Origin: Azolla caroliniana
Lineage: Eukaryota > Plantae > Polypodiophyta
NCBI GenBank assembly: GCA_043228905.1
Contig: JBHGNT010000002.1
Span: 9,176,001 to 9,240,000 of the forward strand
Length of the DNA: 64,000 nucleotides
Direction: 5' to 3'
Shown: piece after piece, positions 26,190-38,510 of the stretch
Numbering within the stretch: position 1 is the stretch's first letter
Layout: each line of letters starts with the position of its first letter
Program-made: the position numbers and the translations under genes
Notes under the pieces: model-generated
The model's input: the letters and a program-made list of their open reading frames with translations, nothing else
Told to the model about the DNA's origin: nothing
The model's database searches: none

Positions 26190-26939
26190 TGTTAGGAAAC
26201 AAGTCCCTCCGGATGGGAAGTGAGAAGAGCAGTGTTGATGAGAAACTACGGAAGACCCGGTGAGAACCGGATGAGGAGTACCCGGCTACAGAAGACCCGG
26301 TGAGAACCGGATGAGGAGTACCTGGCTACAGAAGACCCGATGAGAACCGGATGAGGAGTACCCGGCTACGGAAGACCCAATGAGAACTGGATGAGGAGTA
26401 CCCGGCTACGGAAGACCCGGTGAGAACCGGATGTGGAGTACCCGGCAAGAGCCGGATGGTGAAGACCCAGTGAGAAGTGCTCACTGGATGAAGGGACATA
26501 TTCATAAATATGTTTCTTGAGAGGCCATCAGGGCTATATTTGTAAATAGCCAAAAAGTCATATTAGTATAAATATGACTTAGGGCAAACTTAGTATATAG
26601 TAGTTGTCATTCTTGTTGGCGTAAGATTAGAGCGCAACAGTGTACAATGAGAGAGAGAAAGAGACGAAGAGTTCGTATCTTTGTTGTAACCGCCGCTTGT
26701 GGCGAAGACAATGAACAAGAGGTCGTTGCCTCTGTGTTCATCGATTGTATATTGTTACATAGTGATAGTTAGCAGTCAGTGGACTGTCGTGGTTTTTCCC
26801 ATGTTTGGGTTTTCCACGTAAACATCTTGTGTACGCTTCTCTCCATTGTGTCGTGCATTCATTCCCCGTTTTTCTGTGTTTTGATTCTAAGCTTGGTTGT
26901 GGCTGAGCATTGTTCATCGAGAGCGTGTAGTTCCTGTCA
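26190..26939 (+). repeat. 3' LTR of Copia-3 (750 bp) with five 40-bp tandem units in U3
   Basis: Unit CTACGGAAGACCCGGTGAGAACCGGATGAGGAGTACCCGG repeated five times at 26246-26445. Confidence 0.93.
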
Positions 26940-26944
26940 AATCG

Positions 26945-28506
26945 AACCAACAAAATCGGCACTCAGAAGATCCGGGTGAGTCAGAAGGCCAACAGAGTTC
27001 TATCAACCGGGCCTCGACTACGTCAACTACACCAATGCAGGCAAACCAAGCACATATTAAGAAGCTATAGCCACACTGGACGCCGATGCATGGCTACAAG
27101 CCATGAGATCCGAGATGGACTTGATCCATCAAAACAATACATTGGAGCTAGTCGAACTACCAGCCGAAAGGAAGACGCTACCTTGCAAATGGGTATTTAG
27201 ATACAAATATGTATCCGATTTGAAGAAGCCCAAATACAAAACTCGGCTCGTCGCGAATGGATTCAAACAAGAACATGGGGTTGACTACGACGAGATATTC
27301 TCAACAGTAGTCAAGATGACCACCCTTCAACTCCTACTTGGGGTCATGGCGATAGAAGACCTAGAGCTTGAGCAGCTAGACATCAAGACAACATTCCTCC
27401 ATAGAGATCTGGAAGAAGACATCTACATGTCTCAAGCAGTAGGCTTCACGGCGACGGGGGAGGAAGGTCACCCCGTATGTCGATTGAAGAAAAGTCTTTA
27501 CGGCTTAATACAAGCGTCGAGGATGTGGTACCAGAAGTTAAACTCCTACATCAAGCAGTTGGCTATCACCGGTCCGACTCTGACCCATGTCTATATACTC
27601 GACAATTGGATGATGAGTCCCAGATCTATCTGATCCTATATGTCAATGACATGTTGATTGTAGGGAGCAATCAAGCCGAAATCAAAAAGCTAAAGTGGAG
27701 CCTTCATGACATGCTCACAATGAAAGAACTAGGACAAGCCCGACACATGATGGGCATGAGGATCGAGCGAAATCAGAAGACAAAAACTCTCCGACTCTCC
27801 TAGTCCGACTATATCCACAAGGTGCTGATGCGCTTCAACATAGAGAACGCGATGCCAGCACCAACACTGTTGCCGACGTCGATCCGACTATCAGACAGAG
27901 TCTCTCCATCAACAGACAAGGAGAGAGAGCTTAATGGAAAGATACCCTGCGCATCAGCCGTAGGAAGTATCATGTACGCGATGGTGGCGACCCGACCCGA
28001 CCTTGCACATGTCGTAGGGGTCGTCAACCGGTACATGTCAAACCCAGGACAAAAGCATTGGGAAGCCATAAAGCACATCTTAGGTACCTAAGAGGGACCA
28101 AAGATGCACAACTAATTTTCGAATTGGCAAAACCGACCGAAGTTGAAGGCTATACAAACTTTGACTATGCCAGGAATTCAGACAATCGGAAGTTGACATC
28201 AGGCTACGTTTTCACCTATGGCGGCGGTACCATATCATGGAGATCGAAGTTGCAGGAATGCACAACCCTATCCACCACATAGGCAAAGTACATAGCAGCA
28301 TCGGAGGCAACGAAGGAAACCATTTGGCTTCACCAATTGTCAGCTGATTTCTCGGCCAAAAGCCGAATCAACCGACCAATGCCAACCATCTACTACGACT
28401 CATAGAGCGCAATACACCTCATCAATAATCCTACCTATCACACGAAGACAAAGCATATTGACGTGCGGTATCATCATATCTGGGAGCTAGTAATTGAAAA
28501 GAAGTC
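26945..28506 (+). pseudogene. Copia-2 RT-RNase H, disrupted
   Basis: Motifs LPCKWVF, YKTRLVANGF, QLDIKTTFLH, ILYVNDML, TRPDLAH and TKHIDVRYH across several frames. Confidence 0.88.
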
Positions 28507-30740
28507 GAGCTTGTCGAACTCATCTTGATTTGGCAATTGTTCAATATGAAGATGAGGGAGACAAAGCTGGCAACCTCCCATATCAACACCTTCGGTCGGG
28601 TGTTGACTGAACTCTCCTCACAGGGCCTGAATTTTGAAGAAGAAATCAAAGCCCTTGCACTTCTCTTGAGCCTCCCGATGAGCTGGGAAGTATTTTGCAC
28701 AATAGTCACTGATAGCTCCACCAAACTAACATTGGATGAAGCGATCGACGCAGTGTTGTCGAAAGAGCTTTGAAGGAAATCGATGGGCCTCACCATCGAT
28801 GGCAATGCCAAAGCTCACTTCTCCGGAGGAATGGCTCAGAGAACCATTTGAAATCAAAGTCGGCCGAGGAGAAATGACGGACATCAGTCGAAATCGAGGA
28901 GCGGGATGCCAAATGCCTATTACACCCACTGCAGGAAGGCCGGCCACAATGATTCCAACTTCTAGTCGTTAAATAAGAAGGGAAATGGCCGAAAATTCGA
29001 TTGGAATACATGCTCTTTCGATTCGAATCACCCTTTAGTCGGCAACAAAATACATGTTCCTGAATCCAGATCAGGAGTACTTTCCTTGGAAGGCTCATCG
29101 ATCAGGGAGATCCTCTTCAGTGCACATGATGCACAAACATGGTTGTTTGATTCAGGTGCCACATTCTGGAGCAGGCTCAAATTGACTCGGAAATGGTCAG
29201 GAGTGCCGAATCACCGAAATAGGCAAAATTCCCATTCGACTACCGAATGGAAATCTAAGCATCTTACACCAAGTCCGGCGCGTACCTGATTTGAGTGAGT
29301 CATCGTGGCAGATCATAAAAGGTGAAAAGAATAGCATGTGGAAGCTACAAAGACACTACCGGCTCAACTAGACAACAACAACAATAACAAAGAATAGTAA
29401 ACACATAGAACAATGGTGTGTGTGTGTGTGTGTGTGTGTGAGTGAGTGAGCACGCGGGAGAGATAGAGAGAGCAGGACCCAAAAACTCAATTTCAAAATA
29501 ATACTTTGTACATACAAATGTGCTTAGTGAGCACTTTTATACAAGTCCATAAAGGACGGTCAGAAGTACTGACAAGTAATTCAATGCTCATAATTGAGCT
29601 ACTAACATTAACTCCAAAAACTATGATTACCTACTAATCTAGGTGTGTAAGCCTCTAACGACCTACCGGCTCATGCGTGAATCCGGCTCTCTGATCCAGT
29701 CCGGGCCTAGCCGATCGATCTTCATCTGATCCAGCTCTCGGCTTGTTCAATCGATCCGGCCCTTGTTGAGCCTGGTCACTCAACAAAATGAAATCTACAT
29801 ATCGGCCATGGCGCGAGATATAAAAACTTGTATCCACTCACAGTGATATGTTGGGAGGGATCACTAAACGTAACCAAATTGTCGACATCTCCCCTATGGC
29901 ATAGCCAACTCAGCCATATGTCACAAGCTGGCCTTGAACGACTTTCAGAAATCGGCTACATCTCAAAGCTCAACCATGCTGAGTCAGACTTCTGCGAGCA
30001 TTGTCGATATGGGAAACATACCCAAAGTCCTCACTTAATTCATTACAAGATGGTGTGATAACCCTTGGAGCTAATCCACACTGACATCTAGGGGCCGATG
30101 CCTGAAAGTTCTCTGGGAGGCACTTGGTACTTCATCACGTTCGTGGATGATTGTACCCGCAAGGTATGGACCTATTCGATTAAGTCCAAGGACGAAGCGC
30201 TCAAAGTTTTCACTCAGTGGCTGACCAAAGTTGAAAACCGATCAGACAACGGAGGAGAATACACCTCCAGAGCCTTCACAAAGTAAGTGTTTGAAAAAGG
30301 GATAAGACATCAACAAACCATTCCCTACACCCCAATGCAGAATGGTGTAGCCAAAAGAATGAACCAAACAATCCAAGAACGGGTGACGGCAATGCTCCAA
30401 CACACTAGACTAAAGTTGGAATTTTGGGTGGAAGCTGTGCAAATGGCAGTATATCTTATCAATTTGGCGCCATCGAAAGCAATTAAGCTTCAAGTGCCAC
30501 AGTTGGGAACATCGCCGACCTATGTTTGACTTCGCATATCCGGGTCCGAAGCTTATGTGTACATATCAAGGGAGAACCAAATGAAGCTTGCTCCCCATTC
30601 GAGAAAATGCATCGTCTCAGTTATGGGATGGATGGGCAATTTGGATTTTGGCTATGGGACCCTGAGCAAAAATAGCTTATTAGGAGCAATGATGTAGTTT
30701 TCAATGAAGACTCAATCAGCTCTAGTCGACCACAACTTCG
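28496..30740 (+). mobile_element. Second decayed gag-PR-INT fragment of the Copia-2 family, fused to the end of Copia-2
   Basis: QLFNMKMRE...EEEIKALALL gag, WLFDSGA protease and YFITFVDD...QNGVAKRMN integrase, homologous to 3130-6350. Confidence 0.82.
29323..29785 (-). mobile_element. Solo LTR (463 bp) of another family
   Basis: The minus strand reads TGTTGAG...TTTTCA with TATAAAA and a (CA)n tract. Flanked by AAAGG/AAATG (TSD with one mismatch). The host frame rejoins (compare 48620-48700). Confidence 0.75.
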
Positions 30741-30945
30741 ATGAGCCTCTTCAGTCCAATGCCTCATTTGTTTACATGATCCCTCTCCAAGTTGATGCCT
30801 TATCATCTTACTTCAAGAAACTTGAGATGAGGACATTTTCGTGCACTCTATATACATCTTCTCAATGTCACCCCAACTAGTTCCTCACACACCCACGAAG
30901 TACAAAGATTCCACCATGGGTACATCTTCCCCCGTTGTCTCTCTA

Positions 30946-31080
30946 TGGGTACCCTACATGGTGAATATTTTTCCAAATCAAATACCCCGTTATCTTCCTC
31001 ACTAGTCAAGATTGGGTACCCTATGTGGTGAATATTTTTCCAAATCAAATACCCCCTTATCTTCCTCACTAGTCAAGATT
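30946..31080 (+). repeat. 67-bp tandem duplication inside an unassigned LTR-like segment (~30740-31990)
   Basis: TGGGTACCCT...ACTAGTCAAGAT occurs twice. TATAAATAG at ~31142. Confidence 0.8.
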
Positions 31081-32189
31081 GATGATCTTCAAATTTTGAA
31101 GTCCATAGAATTCGATGATTGTTGGTCTAGAAGTCAAGACATATAAATAGAGGCACTTCATTCTTGTTAAACTATTTCGGTTCAATAATAAATGGAATCT
31201 CTCTAGCAATCCCCTTCATTTTGTTTTGTCCTTTGTGATATTGTATATACTTTCTTGTTATCAAGTTGTAACTTTATAGCTTTATGCTTGTAGGCTCATG
31301 ACAAGTGTTACCAGTATTTGCAGTTGGGGCAACTTCATTCAAGTTCGTGTGTGGATTTGTGCCATTATTACATGTTGAATGTTTTGGTCACAATTCATGG
31401 ATATTTTGGATTATTTACTACATTTTATTGGATGCATGATTTTACATTGTTTGTAGTAACCTTTGGAGATTATGCATGATCATTCATTTAAGGTATGAGA
31501 TGGCAATGATTTGTTGTTAGTGTGATCAACCTAGGGTGATTAAGGTTTCTTGTAAGAATATCATGGTATGGTGCTTTGGTAATTGGTTATGTGCCCAATT
31601 AGACGGGCATCCTCATTGAGTACTTGGATAGGTTATTGTTGGTAAATTTGCACCCTCATTCTCTCTTAATATGTTTACTTATACTTTCATCCAAATTTGT
31701 TTGTTAGATAAAATATAAGCACACCTATCGGTGTGAGGATGCATATCTATCGAATTAAGGGGTGTTCTAATCTAATTTCATGTTTTGTAGGAAGGAATCC
31801 ACAGTAATTTGAATTTGTTGCTTGCAATACTCTTCTAGAACCTTGTGGCCGACTAATTGTTGTTCTTTCCTCATTCAACAATCTCCCCACACTTTTTAAG
31901 AGGTTTGAAGTGCATGCTATTGCTTGATATTAGCTTTTCAATTAACACTATTTATCTATCTTTTAGTGCGTATGTGGCGAGAACAAGATTATCCCCCTCT
32001 TTAGGATGTTAAGTTCAATATTACCACATGCACGCACGCACACACATTAAAGCGAGAAACGATGACAACAATAACAACAAAATATATTCGAAGATGAAAA
32101 CGACGAGATTTTATATACAAGCTTTCCGAGGGATGAACTATTGCATTTAATTCTTTTTACTGATAGGGGGCACTCGACAAAATACACAT

Positions 32190-32227
<38 letters not shown>

Positions 32228-32473
32228 GAATTGCTCAGTTGAGGAGTGGATTCTTTGCATGCCATAGGAAATGTCGCTATCTGCACATTTGTTTAAAGCG
32301 TGATGTGCCTTCCGAAAAGCAATTCTCGGTACGTAAGGAAGGGAGGGGGATGAGGAACTCTCGTGATCGGGTTTCACTAAAAAGATGTGACGAATTATAT
32401 ACGACAAGTATGTGTGTATACATATACTGATACAAACAAAAGCTCGGAGGAGGGGGAACATACCCATCCGCAT

Positions 32474-32520
<47 letters not shown>
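32190..32520. repeat. Microsatellites (CA)n at 32190-32226 and (CT)n(CA)n at 32476-32520, upstream of the TM9SF gene
   Basis: Directly visible. Confidence 0.9.
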
Positions 32521-32521
<1 letters not shown>

Positions 32522-32949
32522 ACTGATCACACAATTCATAAATGATCACAATTCATAAACTAATTAAGAGTTTGGTGTGTGTATGTGTGTGTGAGAGAGA
32601 GCTAATGATGAATGTATACATATATATATATATCAATCAATCAATACATCCTTGCTAATCCATCCATCCACTTAACTAATTTAGCTCACTAATTAATCAT
32701 ATTACACACATATTCACACATAAAACATACAATAAAATAAAGATACAAAATCAATTAGATATTATCTGTTTATTGTAAGTTATAAACTTATAAAGTTATA
32801 ACTTTATAACATAAAATAAACTAAAAACACATAGAGACAGAGACAGAGAGAAGCTGCTCTGTTTTTTGGTGTGTCTACAGTCTGATTTTGTGAGTAAGTG
32901 TAAATTTGTGGGCATTTTGTGTGTGAATTCGGGGTGGGGAGCTTTGGCT

Positions 32950-35900
32950 ATGGCTATGGCTATGGCGATGGCGAGCTCCAGCTCCAGCTCCACCAGGCGC
33001 TTCTGCTTCCGCTTCCTCTTCTTCTTCCTCGTCTTCGTCTTCTCCTCCTCTTCTTCCCATTCTCCTTCCTCCCCTCCCCTGCTTCTCCTGGTTCGCTCCA
33101 GCTCTTCTGACCACCGGTACGCCAAAGGTGATCCCGTCCCCCTCTACGCCAACAAGGTCGGACCTTTCCAGAACCCCAGGTATATTTATCTACATGTATA
33201 TGTTTATGCCTCACATAATGAAAAAAAACAAAAACAAAACCCTATATCTCTCCATTCCCCCCATCTCATTATATCCCCCTGTCTTTGTTGGTCTTTCTCT
33301 TCGAGATTTCGTGGTATATATGAAGGGGATTTTTTTTTTTTTGTAGGTTTAATGTTGTTGTGAAAAAACCCTAATCTCTCCTCCATTGTCATCTTATCTC
33401 TTTTTTGTCTTGATTTCCATAGTTTCTCTTCTTTTGAAAATTTTGTGGCTTTTTCTTTTTGTCTTTTTATTTTACTGGATTAGATTAAGGGATTTCTTTC
33501 CATTCGCTTAATGATTGTTGTGGTGGTGGAAACCAGATAGCTTTTTTTGTGTCTATGCTAGATTGAAGTATCTCCTATTTTGCCCTATTCCATTCCAAGT
33601 ATTTTTCACCTCTTTGTTTATTCTGTCTTTCTCGCATCTCTCCTGTTAGAGTTGGAATCTTAATTTCTACCTTGTTATGAAGAGAGTTGACGTTTTTCTT
33701 CTGTATATTAGTTTTTTTTTTTATCTCTTTCCATTGTCATCTTTTTGTCAATATATATTTTTTCTCTTCTTGATTTTCTTTTCTTTAACCGCTTTCTTTA
33801 CTTTATATTTTTGAATGGATTTCTAGGCTTATTTCTGGAAATCAGAGAGGTTTTTTGTGCTAGATTGAAGCGTTTTTCCAATTGTTTCAATCTCTAGATC
33901 TTTCTATGCTTGATTTATGTCCTGTTGTTGAGATTTAAATCGATATTTCTACTTTTTTCTAACAATGCAGGGTCCCATTTCAGAGCTTTGGGTTTCATTC
34001 AGAAACCCTACCTGATTTGTTTTTCATTTTGATCCTTACTTGCTTGATTTTGATTCCGTTTTTATATTCAATTGCTTTCTTTGCTCTTTATAAGATGTTG
34101 GATTTGTTGTTTCTTTTCTTCATTCAATTCAAATGCTCTTTCATTGGTTATAGTGAAGATCGAAGAGGTCTCTGTATTGGATCTTTCTCTTTGCATCTCT
34201 TGTTTTTAATCATTTTTAGCTTCTATAGATTATTCTTTACTTGATTTGGCCTTCGTTTGGGATTAAGATTCTGTATGGGTTTTGTATATTGGAGTGGTCT
34301 CATATTTAGATGAAAGTGCTTGTTTTCCATCTCTTGTTTCGAATGCTGTCCATTTTGATTTTCTTCTTATGTCTTTGTTGCTATTTCCTTGCTTGATTTT
34401 AGTTCTTTTCTGGGGAAGGAAATTCAATCAATTTCTTTCCTGAGTTGAAGTGGATTTAATACAAAGGGATTTTCTTATGCTTATAAGTGAGAATCGGAGT
34501 GATTTCTGTGTTAGATTGAAGATTTTTTTCCATCCCTGATTCCAATCTGTTTGCAGAATACAAGTTTTGAGTTGGAAAACTTTGATTTATGCCCAATTTC
34601 AGGCATTAATGCATTCATTATATGTTTTTGGCCTATTGTAAAGTAAGACCTTGTACTTCTTTGTGTTTCCCTACAGATCTGTTAAAATAAGGAAAGTTAT
34701 GGACATTCTTGCAGATGTCAATATAAAAGTATTTGAGCCCTCTTAAAATCAGTTTAGGAAACTTTGATCTATTTTAAGTCTCCAAGAATGTTTGTCTGTC
34801 TGACTGATGCAAATAGCTGTTTTTTTCCTTAATATTTAAATCAATTTTCAGTTTTCACGTTCCTGCTTTTTCTGCAACTAATCTTTGTTGTATTTTCAGT
34901 TTCATAAATACATGTCTGGTTTGCACATTCATTACTATCGTAAAGGGGGAAGGCTTTGGAACTTTAGGCATTATAATGCATTTGGACCAAGTTCAGATGG
35001 TGAAATTTCTGTGGCATTGAGATGAGGTTGCATAGCAGGGGGTTTATTTTATTGTGATATCTATTTAGCTGTATCTTTATATGTTAATTGAATCTTGCTT
35101 ATCATTTGGATTCCCTTCGGCCATGTATGAAATTATAAGAAATTAAAAAAAGTACAATAGCATACATTCAATAGGACATTAAAAAAGAGTGAATGCGGGC
35201 AGTGTTTCCCAAACATTAATATTTACCTTTATAAAAAGCAGATGAGATGTTTATGATGATGTAGATATGGGCTTAGGACATCAAAAGGTTATTTTTTTAT
35301 ATATGAAAGATATTAGAGATGAACCTATCAGTATACTGTGGTTAAATTTTTATAACTTGCATTCATGGAGGACAATGTATAATTGAAAAACCTATACAGT
35401 GGATTATTAATCAAATAACAAGGTATAAACTTTTGAGTGCATGTAGGATGTTCTGTATTTTGTAGCATGTGAATGATATAGAGGTAATATTTCAGCTATC
35501 TGTATAACATGTAGAATGTTCAATTATGTGTAGCATGTAAATGACATTGAGATAAAAGTCCAGCTATGTGTATAGCATGTAGAATGGTCAGTTATGTGTA
35601 TCATGTGAATGACATAAGAGATAATAGTCAAAATGAATCGTTTAATGGACACAGCTGTTTATGAAAAATATACCCCTGCACATATATCATCACATGTTAG
35701 AAAGTGTCTTTATTCATTCTTGTTGTTTTGTTGCAGTGAGACCTATCGATATTTTGATCTGCCATTCTGTCCTCCAGGTTTCACTTTGTTCTTTATTGTT
35801 TACATTTTCGTCACTGAAAACTGTATTTGTGTTTCTGTTGTTTAATTACTGATTTTTTAATGGAATGTACATTTCAGCCCAGGTAACTGAGAAGAAGGAA

Positions 35901-38510
35901 GATCTTGGTGAAGTCCTAAATGGAGATCGAATGGTACATGCCAAGTATGAACTTAATTTCAAAGAAGACAAAAATTTAGTATCATTGTGCAAGAAGACAC
36001 TCTCAATTGAAGATGTTCGAGATTTCAGGGAGGCAGTGAAGAAAGATTATTATTTTCAGATGTATTATGATGATCTACCTATCTGGGGTTTTGTGGGAAA
36101 AGTAGATGAACATGAAATGAAATACTTGCTGTACACACATGTGCACTTTGAAGTTCTTTACAATGATGACCGAGTTATTGAGATCAGTGTGGCTACAGAT
36201 CGGAGTTATACTGTTGATATAACAGAGGACAAAGAGGTTGAAGTGGAATTCCAATACTCTGTTAAGTGGAAGGAAACAGAAAAACCCTTTGAAAAGCGTG
36301 TGGAGAAATATGCGAAATATTCCTTTCTTCCTCAGCATCTGGAGATACATTGGTTTTCTATCATCAATTCCTGTGTGACAGTCCTTCTCCTCACTGGCTT
36401 TCTTGCCACCATTTTGATGCGTGTGCTAAAAAATGATTTCATCAAGTAAGTGTTGTGGTTTTGATATCATTTGAAATGTATTCATGCACTCAAGAAACTG
36501 TGTTCTGTAATAATCTCTATATATATTGCAATAAGGAATTTCCTATCATCCGGCCTTGAAATTATTTGGGGGTGTTTAGGTATTCACGGGACGAAGAGAC
36601 GGCTGATGATCAAGAAGAAACAGGTTGGAAGTACATTCATGGTGACGTATTTAGATATCCTTCACATAAGTCACTCTTTTGTGCTGTCCTTGGAAGTGGT
36701 ACTCAATTACTCGCCCTGTAAGTGTGTTTTATATGTTAATACTCAGTTTTTTCCCTAAAGAGTGTAGAATGATGTTATGGCATTGACATTTTAAGATTAA
36801 CGTATTGAAATTTTTGTGCAGTGCTATCTTTATTTTCATGCTAGCTCTTGTGGGCGTCTTTTACCCATACAACAGAGGTGCCCTTTACAGTGCCCTTGTT
36901 ATCATATATGCCCTTACATCTGGTATTGCAGGCTATAGTGCATCTTCCTTTTACCAACAGCTTGGAGGCATCAATTGGGTGAGTATTTCATCATTCTTCA
37001 TTGTCAACACATCTTTCTTTCTCTCTGTTTTGTAATTCTGAATTCCTTGAGACAACTATTGTTCACGGTCATTTTGACCTCTGAGAAATGTTAATATGTA
37101 TTTCTTTCTGTTTTGCATTACTGTTTTGTTTCAGAAATTTGAATGTTTGTCTGTTGTCCCATAGAAAATTCAGCTACTGGGGTGTCATAGGTAATTTGCG
37201 CCTCTTAGAGACATTATTAATACATCTTTATTATTTATGTTATTTTCTATACTGTTTTATTTCAAACTCGGAAGATTTATTCTTTGTTCCAAAGATGAGG
37301 CAACAACTTCGTTCCGTACCTTGTATGTCGACAAATCTTTCTTTCTTAGAGACATTGATGCATTTTTCTTTCTTTCTTTTGTTGCATATGCTTTTTAAGG
37401 CCAATTATTTTAGATCTGAATATTCCTAAATCATATGCAGGTTCGCAACTTGATACTTACAGGTTTCTTGTTCTGTGGTCCTTTGTTCTTGACCTTTTGT
37501 TTCCTTAACACTGTAGCTATTGCCTATAACTCTACTGCAGCACTGCCTTTTGGAACCATTGTTGTTATCCTTCTCATATGGACATTGGTTACATTTCCAC
37601 TTTTGGTCTTGGGAGGTGTCGCTGGTAAAAATAGCAAAGCAGAGTTTCAAGCTCCTTGTAGAACTACAAAGTTTCCTAGAGAGATTCCTGAGTTGCCATG
37701 GTATAGAGGAACGATTCCACAGATGGCAATGGCAGGCTTTCTCCCGTTCAGTGCCATTTATATTGAGTTATATTACATATTTGTGAGTGTTTGGGGTCAC
37801 AAAGTCTACACTATCTACAGCATCCTCTTCATTGTTTTCATCATTTTGATTATTGTAACAGCTTTTATCACCATAGCCCTGACATATTTTCAATTAGCAG
37901 TTGAAGATCACAAATGGTGGTGGAGGTAAGCAGTCATTTAATACTGATTAAAACTAATGACAGATAATTAGCATAAATGTGGCAGTCTTTATTTCATACT
38001 TAGTTGATAAACATAACTGAAAGTTAACATAGCATCAATAAGATACTACTCCCAAGGATGATTGAGGGTAGGGAGAACTCCAAATTAACCCATAATTGTT
38101 GGGCATTTACAAGCATACCCGAATTTTCAAAAAGTACCAGAATAATGCAAGTCTCTGCACAGGAATTCTGATTTTTGAAGCGTTGGGGGTATTTTAGTAT
38201 TTGCCCTGATCTGCTGGATATCTAATATATAGCCCTTTTTCTTCTTCAAGTCTAACTTTTAATAATGAGTTTTAATGTTTAATTTTGCAGGTCAGTCTTA
38301 TGTGGGGGTTCAACAGGTGCTTTTGTCCTAGGCTACTGCTTTTACTATTATTTTGCTCGCTCAGACATGACAGGATTCATGCAGACTTCCTTTTATTTTG
38401 GTTATATGACATGTATATGCTATGGATTTTTCCTGATGCTGGGAGCAGTGGGGTTCAGAGCATCGTTACTTTTTGTTCGGCATATTTATCGATCGATCAA
38501 ATGTGAATGA
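32950..38510 (+). CDS. TM9SF: Transmembrane 9 superfamily / endomembrane protein 70 (plant TMN2-4-like), 7 coding exons, ~612 aa
   Basis: Exons 32950-33179, 35737-35777, 35878-36445, 36580-36717, 36822-36978, 37441-37925 and 38291-38510. All introns GT-AG; total 1839 nt in frame. Motifs [57 protein letters not shown] and C-terminal IYRSIKCE (KxD/E Golgi retention signal). Confidence 0.96.
35461..35630 (+). repeat. Degenerate ~68-bp tandem repeat (~2.5 copies) in TM9SF intron 1
   Basis: TGTAGCATGTGAATGA...CAGCTAT...CATGTAGAATG recurs at ~35461, ~35529 and ~35597. Confidence 0.7.

Larger units (their letters stand above)
6717..26939 (+). mobile_element. Copia-3: full-length but decayed Ty1/copia (Tnt1-like), carrying two nested elements
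   Basis: 5' LTR 6717-7342 and 3' LTR 26190-26939. TSD AATCG at 6712-6716 and 26940-26944. PBS CGGTATCAGAG at 7346-7356, PPT before 26190. gag-pol in pieces: 7376-8143, 17528-17688, 23090-26179. Confidence 0.95.
2466..28506 (+). mobile_element. Copia-2: decayed Ty1/copia element split by nested insertions (own sequence ~2466-5112, 5800-6716, 26940-28506)
   Basis: LTR ends with CA at 2752 (left edge uncertain). Degenerate iMet PBS TAGTATCAGAGC at 2755-2766. gag starts at ATG 2850 (MASTSDTRVEIQKFDGKNFALWKE). Zinc knuckle CTHCRKAGHNVSNC, protease WLLDSGA, integrase to ~6350. RT-RH resumes after the TSD at 26945. Many stops and frameshifts; no 3' LTR seen. Confidence 0.85.

Noticed and set aside
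26246-26445. Regular 40-bp (and 28-bp at 49317/54107) repeats as a CRISPR or independent satellite
   Set aside because: Head-to-tail units without unique spacers, located inside LTR U3 regions.
30740-31990. Complete solo LTR or other defined element
   Set aside because: It has a TATA and LTR-like composition, but no convincing TG...CA ends with a TSD could be fixed.
32788-32809. 22-bp perfect palindrome TTATAAAGTTATAACTTTATAA upstream of TM9SF
   Set aside because: Real but AT-rich and low complexity, with no evidence of function.
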